64,000 nt of DNA from Solirubrobacteraceae bacterium. GTDB taxonomy: Bacteria > Actinomycetota > Thermoleophilia > Solirubrobacterales > Solirubrobacteraceae. The notes under the pieces are model-generated. The model ran no database searches. It had not been told where the DNA came from and saw nothing but the letters and a program-made list of their open reading frames with translations. The stretch spans positions 6,796 through 70,795 of the forward strand of contig JBOGXY010000204.1 of assembly GCA_050696495.1 (NCBI GenBank), written 5' to 3'. Both the position numbers and the translations under genes were made by a program. Numbering within the stretch: the first letter of the stretch is position 1; every line of letters starts with the position of its first letter. Shown piece by piece: positions 19,017 to 30,949 of the stretch.

Positions 19017-20552
19017 ATGGCAAGCACCACGACCACAGCGACGACTCCACGCGCCGCGCCCGGACAGCGAGCGTCGATTGTGAGCAGAGCGCGCGCGCGA
19101 GCGCGCCGGGCGCCGATGGCGCTGATGGTTATCCTCGCGGTGGCGGCCCTACAGTCGCTGGCCTGGGACATAGCGTTGCCCGCGTTCCAGGGACCCGACG
19201 AAGACACCCACTTCGCCTACATCCAACACCTCGCCGAGACCGGCGAGCTGCCGAGCCCGAGCAGCGGCGGAACGGCCTACTCGAGCGAGGAGGAGCAGGC
19301 GCTCGTTTCGCTCAACCTGCTGCCGACGATCGGCGACCTCGGTGGCAGACCCGCGTGGAGCAAAGTCGACCTGGAGGCATGGCATGCGCAGGAGCGAGCG
19401 CTCACCGCGGCCGCGCGCGGCAACGGCGCCGGGCCGAATCCGATCGCCAAGAATCCGCCGCTCTATTACGCGACGATGTCGATCCCCTACCGCGTCTTCG
19501 TCTGGCTGCCATTGCTCAAGAGGCTGTTCGTGCTGCGACTGTTCAATGCGCTCTGCTACTTGGCGACAATCGCCCTCACCTGGCTGATCGCAGGCGAGGT
19601 CTTCGGGCGTGCACTCTGGAAGCAGGCGCTCGCCGCCGGAGTGGTAGCGCTCGAGCCACAGCTTGCGTTTATGAGCGCGGTGATCAATGCGGACAACCTG
19701 CTGATTGCACTGATGACCGGTCTTCTGCTGGCGGCGCTGAGGCTGGTGAAGCGAGGACCGACGATGACGCGTGTGCTGGCCTGCGCCGTCCTGGCCGGCG
19801 CGGCCGTCCTCACACATGGACGCGGTCTGGTAGCACTGCCAGTGCTAGTCGTCGCCTACGGCGTGGCATGGCTGCGCTTTCGCCCCACCCCTCGCGACAC
19901 ACTCACACGCGGGGCGGCCGCCGCCGCTACCGTGGGCGCCGCCTTCGGCGCCTACGCCTGGCTTGGCCGCTCGGGCGGCGGCTCGCTCTACGGCGGGCAG
20001 GTTGGCGAGCTGAACAACGGCGGCTTTAACCTGCGCCAGCTCCTCTCATCGATCTACCAGTTCTACTTCCCGCGATTGCGCTCGATGCGGGCCCGTCTGG
20101 GACCTGAATATGGATACCGACAGGTCTTTATCGAGAGCTTCTACGGAAGGTTCGGATCGCTTGAGGTGACGTTCTCCGAACGCACATACGACGCGCTGCA
20201 GGTACTGTCGGCGCTCGGGCTGGTGGGTCTGTACACGGCGGTCGTCGCGCGGTGGCGGGCGCTGCTAGACGCCTGGCCTGTCCTAGTCGTCTTGGTGAGC
20301 CTGCTGGTCACGAACGTGGTCTTCCTGCACTACGTCTCCTACCGGGCGTTGCTGGGCGACGGCGGTGGCGATCCTCTGATTGTCGGTCGCTACCTGCTGC
20401 CGATGGTCTCGCTGCTTGGCCTGGCGATCGCCTTCACCGCGGGAGCACTGCCACGTCGGCTCGGCCCGCTGCTCGGCGCGATGATCCTCGCGCTTGGGGT
20501 ATTGCTCTCGCTCGGTGGGATTGGGATCGCGATGGCGAGGTTCTATGCGTAG
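19017..20552 (+). CDS. DUF2142-like GT-C membrane glycosyltransferase
   Basis: PAFQGPDEDTHFAY, NPPLYY, INADNL, SFYGRFG, GRYLLP; multiple TM helices. Confidence 0.78.
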   Translation: MASTTTTATTPRAAPGQRASIVSRARARARRAPMALMVILAVAALQSLAWDIALPAFQGPDEDTHFAYIQHLAETGELPSPSSGGTAYSSEEEQALVSLNLLPTIGDLGGRPAWSKVDLEAWHAQERALTAAARGNGAGPNPIAKNPPLYYATMSIPYRVFVWLPLLKRLFVLRLFNALCYLATIALTWLIAGEVFGRALWKQALAAGVVALEPQLAFMSAVINADNLLIALMTGLLLAALRLVKRGPTMTRVLACAVLAGAAVLTHGRGLVALPVLVVAYGVAWLRFRPTPRDTLTRGAAAAATVGAAFGAYAWLGRSGGGSLYGGQVGELNNGGFNLRQLLSSIYQFYFPRLRSMRARLGPEYGYRQVFIESFYGRFGSLEVTFSERTYDALQVLSALGLVGLYTAVVARWRALLDAWPVLVVLVSLLVTNVVFLHYVSYRALLGDGGGDPLIVGRYLLPMVSLLGLAIAFTAGALPRRLGPLLGAMILALGVLLSLGGIGIAMARFYA

Positions 20553-21267
20553 TCGATCTCTTCGCCGGCTTGGGCTCCCGACGCTCGCGACGGCGCTGGC
20601 TGTGGTAGCGATCGCGGTGGGCGCGCTGCTGTGGTTCAGGCCCTACCTCACACGCAGCCAGACGTTTCCCTCGGCTGTTCCCGCGCCCATCGCGCTGACG
20701 GCCACGAGTCCCTTCGTCGTGGCCGCCGGTCAACGAGCGTGCATGTCTTCGGTCACCGTCGAACCGAGTAGCGCAGCCGCACAGTTTCGAGTCGAACCCG
20801 CGAAGCCGGGTTCCCACCGGGGCCCTCCGCTTGAGCTTCTACTCACAGGCACCGGCTACCGCAGCGCCTCCCACCTGCCCGGCGGCTATCGGGGCGGAAC
20901 CGTGACGCTTGCCGTGACACCGCCGGCTCACTCGCTGCCGGCGACGGTCTGCTTCCTGGACGACGGCCCCGAAACGGCCGTCCTGACGGGTAGCGTCGAA
21001 GCGCGCACGGTCTCGCGCCTGGCTACGACCATCGCCGGCACGCCGGTCGTGGGGGACATATCGCTGATGTTTCTCGAAGGGCACACAAGCTCGCTGCTCG
21101 ACAGGCTTGGCACCGCCTTTACCCATGCCTCCAACCTCACCGATCATCTCATCCCCGTGTGGCTTATCTGGACGCTGGCCGTGCTGGTCGCGTTGGGAGT
21201 GCCGTGCGGGATCTCGATGGCGTTCTACCGCGCCCTGCGCGAGGACGAGATCGCCGGACGGATCTGA
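20545..21267 (+). CDS. Membrane-anchored hypothetical protein (N- and C-terminal TM, extracellular beta domain with two Cys)
   Basis: Overlaps upstream stop; hydrophobic termini. Confidence 0.65.
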   Translation: MRSRSLRRLGLPTLATALAVVAIAVGALLWFRPYLTRSQTFPSAVPAPIALTATSPFVVAAGQRACMSSVTVEPSSAAAQFRVEPAKPGSHRGPPLELLLTGTGYRSASHLPGGYRGGTVTLAVTPPAHSLPATVCFLDDGPETAVLTGSVEARTVSRLATTIAGTPVVGDISLMFLEGHTSSLLDRLGTAFTHASNLTDHLIPVWLIWTLAVLVALGVPCGISMAFYRALREDEIAGRI

Positions 21268-21286
21268 ACCCGCGAGCCGGGAACCG

Positions 21287-22468
21287 TCAGGAGCGCCGAC
21301 GCAGACCGAGGATGCTCAACAGGAACGAGGAGAAGAAGATCTGGATGCCGACGATGATCAGCGTGGCCGCGACCACGGCCATGTGTTCGTCGGCGAGCGA
21401 GCCCAAGCCGTTGGAGATCCAGGTGGCCACGATCACCGCTCCGAGCACGAGCCCAACAAGCACGAAAGCCCCTCCAAGCAACAACCCGTGCTCCAGGCGA
21501 AAGCGCGCCCGCATGCGATCGAACCAAGGATCGCGCTCACCCATGAAGTAGGTGCCGTAGGCGTGCGCGCAAAGCCCCAGCGCCAGCACCTGGGTTCCCA
21601 CCACCATCAGCAGCGCCCCACCGATCAGCGCGTGGATCCCCCACGAGCGCCCGAGTAGATCAAGCCCGCCGCCCACGAGCACAACGATCAGCGTGCCGAT
21701 CCCCGCAAGGATCGCGCCCGGCACGATGAACAGATGCGTGGGCGAGTGCACGAGCAGGAAGCGAAGATGGCGCCAACCGTCGCGGAAGCTCGAGAGCTTG
21801 GACTCTCCCCCCCGCGGGTGGTATTCGATCGGGAACTCGGCGATCCGCAGTTTCTGCTTGGAAGCGCGGATCACCATCTCAGAGGCAAACTCCATGCCGG
21901 TGGTGCGCAGATCAAGGCGCGGGAGCACCTCCGTGCGTAGCGCCCGCATCCCGCAGTGGGCGTCCTTGACGCCCGTGCGGAAGAACAGGTTCAGCAGTCC
22001 CGTCAGGATCGGATTGCCGATGTAGCGATGAAGCCACGGCATCGCCCCAGGCTGGATGTTGTCCATGCGATCGCCCATCACAAGCTCAGCCCCGGCTTCT
22101 AGCTCGCTGACGAAACGGGGAATCTCGTTGAAGTCATAGGTGAGGTCGGCGTCGGCCATCACGATGTAGCGCCCGCGCGCAGCGGCGAACCCCGCCAGAT
22201 AGGCGCTGCCGTAGCCGCGACGAGGCTCTGAGACCACGCGCGCGCCGGCGGCCGCCGCCAGCGCCGCCGAATCGTCCTCGGAGGCGTTATCGACGACCAG
22301 CACCTCTCCGTCGAGCCCGTTGCTCTGGAGCACCTGGCGCGCCGTTGAGACGCACAGCTCGATGTTCTCGGCCTCGTTCAGGCATGGGATCACAACCGAC
22401 ACGAGCATCGAGTTCTGCCCCTCGGCGACATCCGGGACGATTGGCCTTGTCTTCTGTACTGTGCTCAT
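21287..22468 (-). CDS. GT2 polyprenol-phosphate glycosyltransferase (DPM1-like) with C-terminal TM helices
   Basis: SVVIPCLNEA, VVDNASED, RGYGSAY, MADADLTY, DAHCGMR, MEFASEM, RGGESKL..RDGWRHL. Confidence 0.9.
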   Translation of the reverse strand: MSTVQKTRPIVPDVAEGQNSMLVSVVIPCLNEAENIELCVSTARQVLQSNGLDGEVLVVDNASEDDSAALAAAAGARVVSEPRRGYGSAYLAGFAAARGRYIVMADADLTYDFNEIPRFVSELEAGAELVMGDRMDNIQPGAMPWLHRYIGNPILTGLLNLFFRTGVKDAHCGMRALRTEVLPRLDLRTTGMEFASEMVIRASKQKLRIAEFPIEYHPRGGESKLSSFRDGWRHLRFLLVHSPTHLFIVPGAILAGIGTLIVVLVGGGLDLLGRSWGIHALIGGALLMVVGTQVLALGLCAHAYGTYFMGERDPWFDRMRARFRLEHGLLLGGAFVLVGLVLGAVIVATWISNGLGSLADEHMAVVAATLIIVGIQIFFSSFLLSILGLRRRS

Positions 22469-22691
22469 CGCTTGGTCGGTTCCCTTCCGCGCACTGCGTC
22501 GGGTCCCGCGCTGATCTAAACGCGCGAAGGGCCTAAAAGTGGCGCAGCCATGACCCGAGAGACTCGCAGCGCGTGCGCTGGCATCCTATCGGACGCGCCG
22601 GAAGTTCCATCTGGTTGGGGATTTTCGTCGCCGCTGATGCGTATTGTCGGCGTAAGGGCGTCCCGTCCCGGGACCACCTCGATCAGATCCC

Positions 22692-23000
22692 ATGCAGTTC
22701 GACCGCGAATTCGAAATCCCCCTATGGCTTACCCACGCCCGCGTCTTGGTTCGGACGGGGGGCCAGCCTATCCACACGTATGCCGTCTTGCTACAGATCG
22801 AGCATGACGAGCAGTGGACGACGGTGCGCCTGATCGACAATCACCTCGACCGCCACCATATGCATCGCTACGATGGGGATAGCAAGCAAGACGCGGAGCA
22901 ATTCGCAGTCGGCGATGTCAGCAAGGTGCTGCCGGACGCGATCTGCTACCTCACCAAGACGGCGAGCGCAATAATCCTCTCCTGGGAACGATCGCTATGA
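22692..23000 (+). CDS. Small His-rich hypothetical protein, possible toxin (TumE/DUF6516-like)
   Basis: YAVLLQ..WTTVRLIDNHLDRHHMHRY; coupled to next gene by ATGA. Confidence 0.6.
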   Translation: MQFDREFEIPLWLTHARVLVRTGGQPIHTYAVLLQIEHDEQWTTVRLIDNHLDRHHMHRYDGDSKQDAEQFAVGDVSKVLPDAICYLTKTASAIILSWERSL

Positions 23001-23398
23001 ACAAGGCCGAAAACATCTCCGCCGAGCCGCCGATGGACCGAGCCGTGGAGGCTACCCTTAAGGCGCTGGAGGACCCCGACCGCTACCCGTCCGGCACCTC
23101 GTTCCTTGCGGCGGACCTTCCGAGCTTCGACGCTCATTTCCGTCGCATCACGAGCGAAGGACGTCCGATCGTCGTTGTGCTTCCGGACGGTGAGGAGCTG
23201 CTCCTACAACCGGGCCGCCACCGCCTAGCTCGTGGTATAGCCCGGCTACTGAAGCCCTTGTTGGGCTTCCTAGGACCGCGGTCTTCCGACAGCGCTCCCC
23301 TCGTAGGCAGTGGCGCGCCAGGCGAGCCGTTCGAGGTTCCACTCATGCGCCTGTCAGCCGTCGGCTACGAGGCCTCTCTCCACGGCCTGCGCCGCTAG
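22997..23398 (+). CDS. Hypothetical protein, partner of the His-rich protein
   Basis: 133 aa ORF, ATGA overlap; no family recognised. Confidence 0.55.
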   Translation: MNKAENISAEPPMDRAVEATLKALEDPDRYPSGTSFLAADLPSFDAHFRRITSEGRPIVVVLPDGEELLLQPGRHRLARGIARLLKPLLGFLGPRSSDSAPLVGSGAPGEPFEVPLMRLSAVGYEASLHGLRR

Positions 23399-23461
23399 AT
23401 ACTCGCGAACAACCACCTCCACGCCAACCGGCAAACCGGCGACCCGACCGTCTCTTCGGCG

Positions 23462-24628
23462 ATGCGCATCTGCCTGATCTACGACTGCCTCTACCCCTAC
23501 ACCGTCGGCGGCGCCGAGCGGTGGTATCGCAACCTGGCCGAGCGGCTGGTCGCCGAGGGCCACGAGGTGACCTATCTGACGCTACGGCAATGGGAGCGCG
23601 GCGAGCGACTGGACCTCGACCCGCGCATACGGGTGGTTTGCGCCGGACCACGGATGGCGCTCTATACCGGCGGGCGGCGCAGGATACTGCCGCCACTGCT
23701 GTTCGGGGCCGGTGTGCTCTGGCACCTGCTGCGCCATGGGCGTCGCTACGAGGCCGTGCACACGTGCGCCTTCCCCTACTTCTCACTGCTGGCGGCGGCG
23801 GCGGCGCACCCGCTCGGGCGCTACCGGCTCGTCACCGACTGGTTTGAGGTCTGGAGCCGCGAATACTGGCGCGGCTATCTCGGCGGTCTGGGCGGGCGCA
23901 TCGGCGCGCTCGTGCAGCGGCTGTGCGCGCGCGTCCCCCAGCACGCTTTCTGCTTCTCCGAGCTTCACGCCAAGCGTCTGCGCGAGGAGGGCCTGCGCGG
24001 CGAGCTCACCATGCTGCGCGGCCTGTACGCCGGCCCCAGCACGCCGGCGACCCCGCGCGAGGCCGACCCGCTGGTGGTCTTCGCGGGACGCCTGATCCCC
24101 GAGAAGCGCGTGACGGTGGGGGTGGCGGCGGTTGTGGCGGCAGCTCGCCAGATTCCCGGGCTGCAGGGAATCTTCTACGGCGACGGTCCCGAGCGAGCGG
24201 CCCTGGCCGCCGCGATCGCCCAACACGGCGCCGGCGATTTCATCTGCGCGCCCGGCTTTGCCGACACCGCGCTGATCGACGCCGACATGCGCCGGGCGCT
24301 GTGTGTGCTGCTGCCCTCAGAGCGCGAGGGCTACGGCATGGTCGTGATCGAGGCCTGCGCTCACGCGACGCCGGCGGTCGTAGTCGCCGCGCCAGATAAC
24401 GCGGCGGTGGAGTTGGTAGCGCCGGGCGTAAGCGGCGTGATCGCCGCAAACGCCGACCCCGAGACGATCGCCCAGGCGATCGTGCAGGTGCTCGATGCCG
24501 GTATGGCGATGCGCCAGAGCACCGCGGACTGGTTTGCCGAGCATGCGCAGGCCCTCTCGCTGGAGTCCTCGCTGGAGGCCGTCCTGGCCGGCTACGCCAC
24601 CCCGCTCGCTAGCCTCCCGGCGAGATGA
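23462..24628 (+). CDS. Glycosyltransferase family 4
   Basis: YPYTVGGAERWY, FAGRLIPEK, SEREGYGMVVIEA. Confidence 0.9.
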   Translation: MRICLIYDCLYPYTVGGAERWYRNLAERLVAEGHEVTYLTLRQWERGERLDLDPRIRVVCAGPRMALYTGGRRRILPPLLFGAGVLWHLLRHGRRYEAVHTCAFPYFSLLAAAAAHPLGRYRLVTDWFEVWSREYWRGYLGGLGGRIGALVQRLCARVPQHAFCFSELHAKRLREEGLRGELTMLRGLYAGPSTPATPREADPLVVFAGRLIPEKRVTVGVAAVVAAARQIPGLQGIFYGDGPERAALAAAIAQHGAGDFICAPGFADTALIDADMRRALCVLLPSEREGYGMVVIEACAHATPAVVVAAPDNAAVELVAPGVSGVIAANADPETIAQAIVQVLDAGMAMRQSTADWFAEHAQALSLESSLEAVLAGYATPLASLPAR

Positions 24629-25620
24629 ACGAAGCGATCGTGCGAGTAGGCGTCGTCGGCCTGGGCTACTGGGGCCCGAACCTAGCGCGCAATATGGCCG
24701 CTCTTCCCGGCGTGCAGCTGAGCTGGTGCTGCGACGCCGACGAGGAGCGGCGCGAGCGCCTGGCGGCCGCGCACCGCTCCACGCGCTTCACCGCCGAGCT
24801 CGACGACCTGCTCTCAGACGACGAGCTGGACGCCGTCGTGCTGGCCACGCCTGTGCCCACGCATGCCGAGCTTGCCCAGCGCGTGCTGGCGGCCGGCAAG
24901 CACTGTTTCGTTGAGAAGCCGCTCGCTCAGTCCACGGCCGACGCGCAAGCGGTCGTGGAGGCCGCGCGCGAGGCCGATCGCATCCTGATGGTCGGCCACC
25001 TGCTCGAGTACCACCCCGGAGTGCGCCTGCTCAAGCAGACGCTCGACTCCGGTGAGTTGGGCCGGGCGCTGTACATCTACGGCAATCGCCTGAACCTCGG
25101 CCAGCTGCGCTCGGATGAGAACGCGCTGTGGAGCCTTGGCGCGCACGACGTCTCGGTCGTGCTTGCGCTGGCCGGCGAGGAGCCAAGCGAGCTCTCGGCG
25201 CGCGGGGAGTGCTACATGCGCGAGGGCGTCGAGGACGTCGTCTTCGGCTTCCTGCGCTTCCCCTCGGGCCTGGCCGCTCATCTGCACCTGAGCTGGCTCG
25301 ATCCACACAAGGAACGGCGCTTCACGGTCGTCGGCTCCAAGCGAATGGCGACTTTCGATGACATGGAGCTCGAGCGCAAGCTGACGATCTATGACAAGGG
25401 CTTTGACGAGAAGAGCGACAGCTATGGCGAGTACATCACCCGCGCGTGGGAGATCCGCTCCCCGCGAGTGCCCAACTCCGAGCCGCTGCGTTTGGAGTGC
25501 GAGCACTTCATTCGCTGCATCCGCGAGGGAACGCCGCCGCTCTCAGACGGTGAGAGCGGGCTGCGCGTGGTGCGCGTGCTGGAGGGACTGCAGCGAGAGC
25601 TGGACGCCTCGCGGCGTTAG
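24625..25620 (+). CDS. Gfo/Idh/MocA oxidoreductase (nucleotide-sugar dehydrogenase-like)
   Basis: GLGYWGPNLARN, HCFVEKP, WSLGAHD, SWLDPHKER. Confidence 0.9.
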   Translation: MNEAIVRVGVVGLGYWGPNLARNMAALPGVQLSWCCDADEERRERLAAAHRSTRFTAELDDLLSDDELDAVVLATPVPTHAELAQRVLAAGKHCFVEKPLAQSTADAQAVVEAAREADRILMVGHLLEYHPGVRLLKQTLDSGELGRALYIYGNRLNLGQLRSDENALWSLGAHDVSVVLALAGEEPSELSARGECYMREGVEDVVFGFLRFPSGLAAHLHLSWLDPHKERRFTVVGSKRMATFDDMELERKLTIYDKGFDEKSDSYGEYITRAWEIRSPRVPNSEPLRLECEHFIRCIREGTPPLSDGESGLRVVRVLEGLQRELDASRR

Positions 25621-25675
25621 CGGCCTTACAGCACAGTTCGCGACTTCTTAGCCGCCACCCGGCGGGCGTCGGTGC

Positions 25676-26074
25676 TTAGATCTCGGCAAGCCGAAGAGGT
25701 GTGTGGCGAGCAATCGTCACGAAATCGGAGTCGGAGTGCAACACCTCCACCTTGTTGCGAATTGCGACAGCCGCGATAAGGCAGTCGGTGAGCTTTCGGG
25801 GCGTCTCACCACGCCTACGACAGGCACGATAAAGATCGGCTGCGCGTTCGTAGTCATTGGGTCCATCGACAGGCATCTGGGCACAACCCTGGAGCAGACG
25901 CCGCAAGCTGTCGCGTTCCTTATCGCTGCGAGCACCCGCGAGTATCTCCATCGAGACAACATCGGTACTCGCCAGTTCGCTGCCTGCCTCAAGTCTCGTC
26001 GTCACAGCACGGTGTACCGCACTGCCAGTTCCACGCAAGTACTCGACCCACGCGGAACTGTCCACCAGCGTCAC
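25676..26074 (-). CDS. vapC: PIN-domain toxin VapC
   Basis: LVDSSAW, EILAGAR, DCLIAAVA, LHSDSDF; GTGA overlap with vapB. Confidence 0.92.
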   Translation of the reverse strand: MTLVDSSAWVEYLRGTGSAVHRAVTTRLEAGSELASTDVVSMEILAGARSDKERDSLRRLLQGCAQMPVDGPNDYERAADLYRACRRRGETPRKLTDCLIAAVAIRNKVEVLHSDSDFVTIARHTPLRLAEI

Positions 26075-26283
26075 TGCTGCCACAGTTGGTCCGGAGCGCG
26101 AATCTCCTCCAAGCTCCCACCCCAACCGCTGCCCTCCATCGCAAGAGCTTCGTCGCGGTCCATCGGTTCTCCGACAAGTCGACGCAGGGCCAAATCGACT
26201 GCCTCGCGCTTGGAGCGCAGACGGTAGACGTGCATCGCACGCCCAACCAAGTCGTCGTCTATCTCAATGTTCGTCCGAGCCAT
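26071..26283 (-). CDS. vapB: VapB antitoxin (RHH)
   Basis: RTNIEIDDDLV..SKREAVDLALRRL..GSGWGG. Confidence 0.9.
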   Translation of the reverse strand: MARTNIEIDDDLVGRAMHVYRLRSKREAVDLALRRLVGEPMDRDEALAMEGSGWGGSLEEIRAPDQLWQQ

Positions 26284-26322
26284 ATACACCATCATACACC
26301 TTCGTACACATGATTGTGCATA
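26284..26322 (-). promoter_or_regulatory. vapBC leaderless promoter/operator
   Basis: -10 TATGAT (26296-26291) lies 7 nt before ATG; TACAC at 26285, 26295, 26305 (10-bp period). Confidence 0.65.
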
Positions 26323-26365
26323 GCTTCTACCGCCGCCGAGTGCGAGATCCGACGATTCTTGAGGG

Positions 26366-28455
<2,090 letters not shown>

Positions 28456-28465
28456 GGCGCACAGG

Positions 28466-29605
28466 CTAAGCGGGAGCGCGGTCAAGCGCGCGGCGGTAGA
28501 CATCGAGTGTTGCCTGGGCGGTGCGCTCCCAGCTGAACAGGCGGGCGCGGGCTAGGCCGGCGGCGCGCAATCTCTGCGCCTGCACGGGATCTGAAAGGAC
28601 CAGCTGGATCGCTTGTGCGATCGCACTCACGTCTTGCGGCTCAAACAGCAGAGCGGCATCGCCGGCGACCTCCGGCAACGAGGAGGCGTTCGAACACGCC
28701 ACCGGCACGCCGCGTGCCATCGCCTCGAGCACGGGAAGGCCAAAACCCTCGTAGAGCGAGGGATAGACGAACACCTCGGCGATGCTCCACAGCCCCTCGA
28801 TCAGCTCGCTCTGCTCCCAACCGAGGAAGCGCACGTCATCGGCCACCCCGGCCGCCACCGCGCGCTGGCGAAGCTCGGCCTCGTGCGCGGTCGGGTAGCC
28901 GGGCAGCACCAGCAGCGGGCGTCCCTTTGCTGGGATCAGAGCGAGCGCGTCGATCAGAGCCGACAGATTCTTGTGCGGGCGCTTGGCCGAGAGGCTCAGC
29001 GCGATCTGGCGATCGCCGAGCGAGAAGCGCTCGCGCACCGTCCGCTCGGGCGCCGGCTCGCCGCGGCGCACAGAACCAACGCCCAGCGGGACGACGTCGA
29101 TCCGCTCGCGCGGCGTGCCCAACAGCTCGACCAGATCATCGCCCGTGCTCTGCGAGTCGACGATCACTCGATCCGATCGTCGTGTCGCAAGCGGCACCAG
29201 TAGACGCATGCCCAAGTCGCGGATGCCCGCGTGAGCCTGCGGGAAGCGGGCGTAGATCAGGTCGTGGACCGTGACGACGCGGCGAAACCGCCCTCGGGCC
29301 GGCGCGGTGCTCGCGAGACTGTGAACCAGATCGACCCCGTGGCGCGCGGCCAGTCGCGGTAGCAGCAGCTGCTCACCGCGCACCCATTGGAGGCGGTTAC
29401 GGGCGTTTACGGGCACCGTCACGGCCGGCAGCAGCTCACCCCACGGACCGTCTTTCGCGCCGCCCGCCTCTCGATTGACAAACGCCGTGAAGCGCATGCC
29501 CTCCGGAGCCGCGGCGACCAGCGCTGGGATCAGCTCGCGTGCCGCGACCTCCATGCCGCCCGTCTCCCCGGGGACGAGGAAGATCAGGTTGAGGCCGACG
29601 TGCAT
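28466..29605 (-). CDS. Glycosyltransferase family 4
   Basis: GETGGME, VTVHDL, PHKNL, PSLYEGFGLPVLEAM. Confidence 0.92.
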   Translation of the reverse strand: MHVGLNLIFLVPGETGGMEVAARELIPALVAAAPEGMRFTAFVNREAGGAKDGPWGELLPAVTVPVNARNRLQWVRGEQLLLPRLAARHGVDLVHSLASTAPARGRFRRVVTVHDLIYARFPQAHAGIRDLGMRLLVPLATRRSDRVIVDSQSTGDDLVELLGTPRERIDVVPLGVGSVRRGEPAPERTVRERFSLGDRQIALSLSAKRPHKNLSALIDALALIPAKGRPLLVLPGYPTAHEAELRQRAVAAGVADDVRFLGWEQSELIEGLWSIAEVFVYPSLYEGFGLPVLEAMARGVPVACSNASSLPEVAGDAALLFEPQDVSAIAQAIQLVLSDPVQAQRLRAAGLARARLFSWERTAQATLDVYRRALDRAPA

Positions 29606-29922
29606 TACGCCATTCTTTGTACCGGGTTGGCGGTACGAATTGGTATCGCTAGGGCGGTACATGTCAGTGGGCAAGCGATGGCCAATCAACGATCACCGCG
29701 CGCTCGGAGGTGCCGCACAGCGAAACCAACTGGGAGCGAAACGTTTCCCAACCTCGGAGGGATTGGCGGCCGAGCGTTTGACGGAACCCTTGACGACCCT
29801 CATGTCAAAGCCGATCTCCTTCTCGAAAGCACCGATCTGGCGCCGCGCGACTCGTCGCGCTCTGACTGGCGCCTGCGTCGTCGGGCCGACGCGCAGAGGT
29901 CCAGATGGAGCGCCGAGCACGT

Positions 29923-30867
29923 CTACTTCGGTAGCAACAGGAGATCGGTGTAAGCGCCGGCCTCGTCCGAATAGCGATCGGCAAGCGTCGTTATGCGGGC
30001 GGGATCGACAGTGACGGGGGGCTCGTCGCGGTTGCTCTGTAGATCGACAATCGCGCCGTAGCCTTCGGCGACCAGGGCATGGAACCGATCTAGACCGCCC
30101 GCCCGGGCGAGTCCGTATGGCCAATACTCAGTCAGAACCGGTACGCCCGCGGCCATGAGCGGCTGCGCGCCTGCAAGTACATGTCCCTCATGGCCCTGGG
30201 CGTCCATCCAGACGAGATCGACGGCGGCGAGGTCGAGCTCGCCACTCTCGGCGAGCGAGTCGATCCGGCGCGCGTGGACCTCTACCGTGACGCGCTCTGC
30301 CTCGTTGTAATGATCCGGGAGACGGTCGGCGAGCTCGGCGTCGGCAATACGGATTCGATGATCTCCCCAATTCTCCGCCGAGCACTCCAACAGCAGTGTG
30401 GTATCGACGTTCGACAGCGCCATCTCGTGGACCTCCGCACGATCATGCACTCCGTTGAGGGCCAGGTTGGCGCGCAAAAGACGCGCGTTTTCGGGATCCG
30501 GCTCAAACGCCACGACACGCTCGACCTCGTGGCGCTTTAGCAACGAGACAGTCTCTGTGCCTATGTTTGCTCCCACCTCAAGCACAGTCATACCGCGAAG
30601 CGTCGTTATCCCGAGGTGCTTCTCGAGCTCGAGGAGCATGCGCCTCAAGACCTCCTCGTCAAACGTTCCGGTGACAAAGGTGCCGAGACCAACCCCGCGG
30701 CGCTCACGCGTGCTGATCACATATCGCACGCCATCGTGCTCCACCCCCACGAACGGACTCAACCGCGCAACCAATGGGAATGCGTGCCAACGCAAACGTT
30801 GAGTGCGCACCTGATCGGTGTCACGAGCAAAGCGCGCGATCCGCCGCACATATGATCCAAACCTCAC
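29923..30867 (-). CDS. FkbM-family methyltransferase
   Basis: LEVGANIG, AFEPDPEN, NWGDHR, WMDAQGHE, EYWPYGL. Confidence 0.88.
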   Translation of the reverse strand: MRFGSYVRRIARFARDTDQVRTQRLRWHAFPLVARLSPFVGVEHDGVRYVISTRERRGVGLGTFVTGTFDEEVLRRMLLELEKHLGITTLRGMTVLEVGANIGTETVSLLKRHEVERVVAFEPDPENARLLRANLALNGVHDRAEVHEMALSNVDTTLLLECSAENWGDHRIRIADAELADRLPDHYNEAERVTVEVHARRIDSLAESGELDLAAVDLVWMDAQGHEGHVLAGAQPLMAAGVPVLTEYWPYGLARAGGLDRFHALVAEGYGAIVDLQSNRDEPPVTVDPARITTLADRYSDEAGAYTDLLLLPK

Positions 30868-30949
30868 TCCCGATCATCATATTGGACCTCAGTCGCGAAC
30901 GTCGAGCCGACCAACAGACCCGCGAGGAGTGATCGAGGGACTGAGCGTG

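Noticed and set aside
29760..29880. LysR HTH relic (RRQIGAFEKEIGF on minus strand)
   Set aside because: Resemblance is too short to support a call without a search
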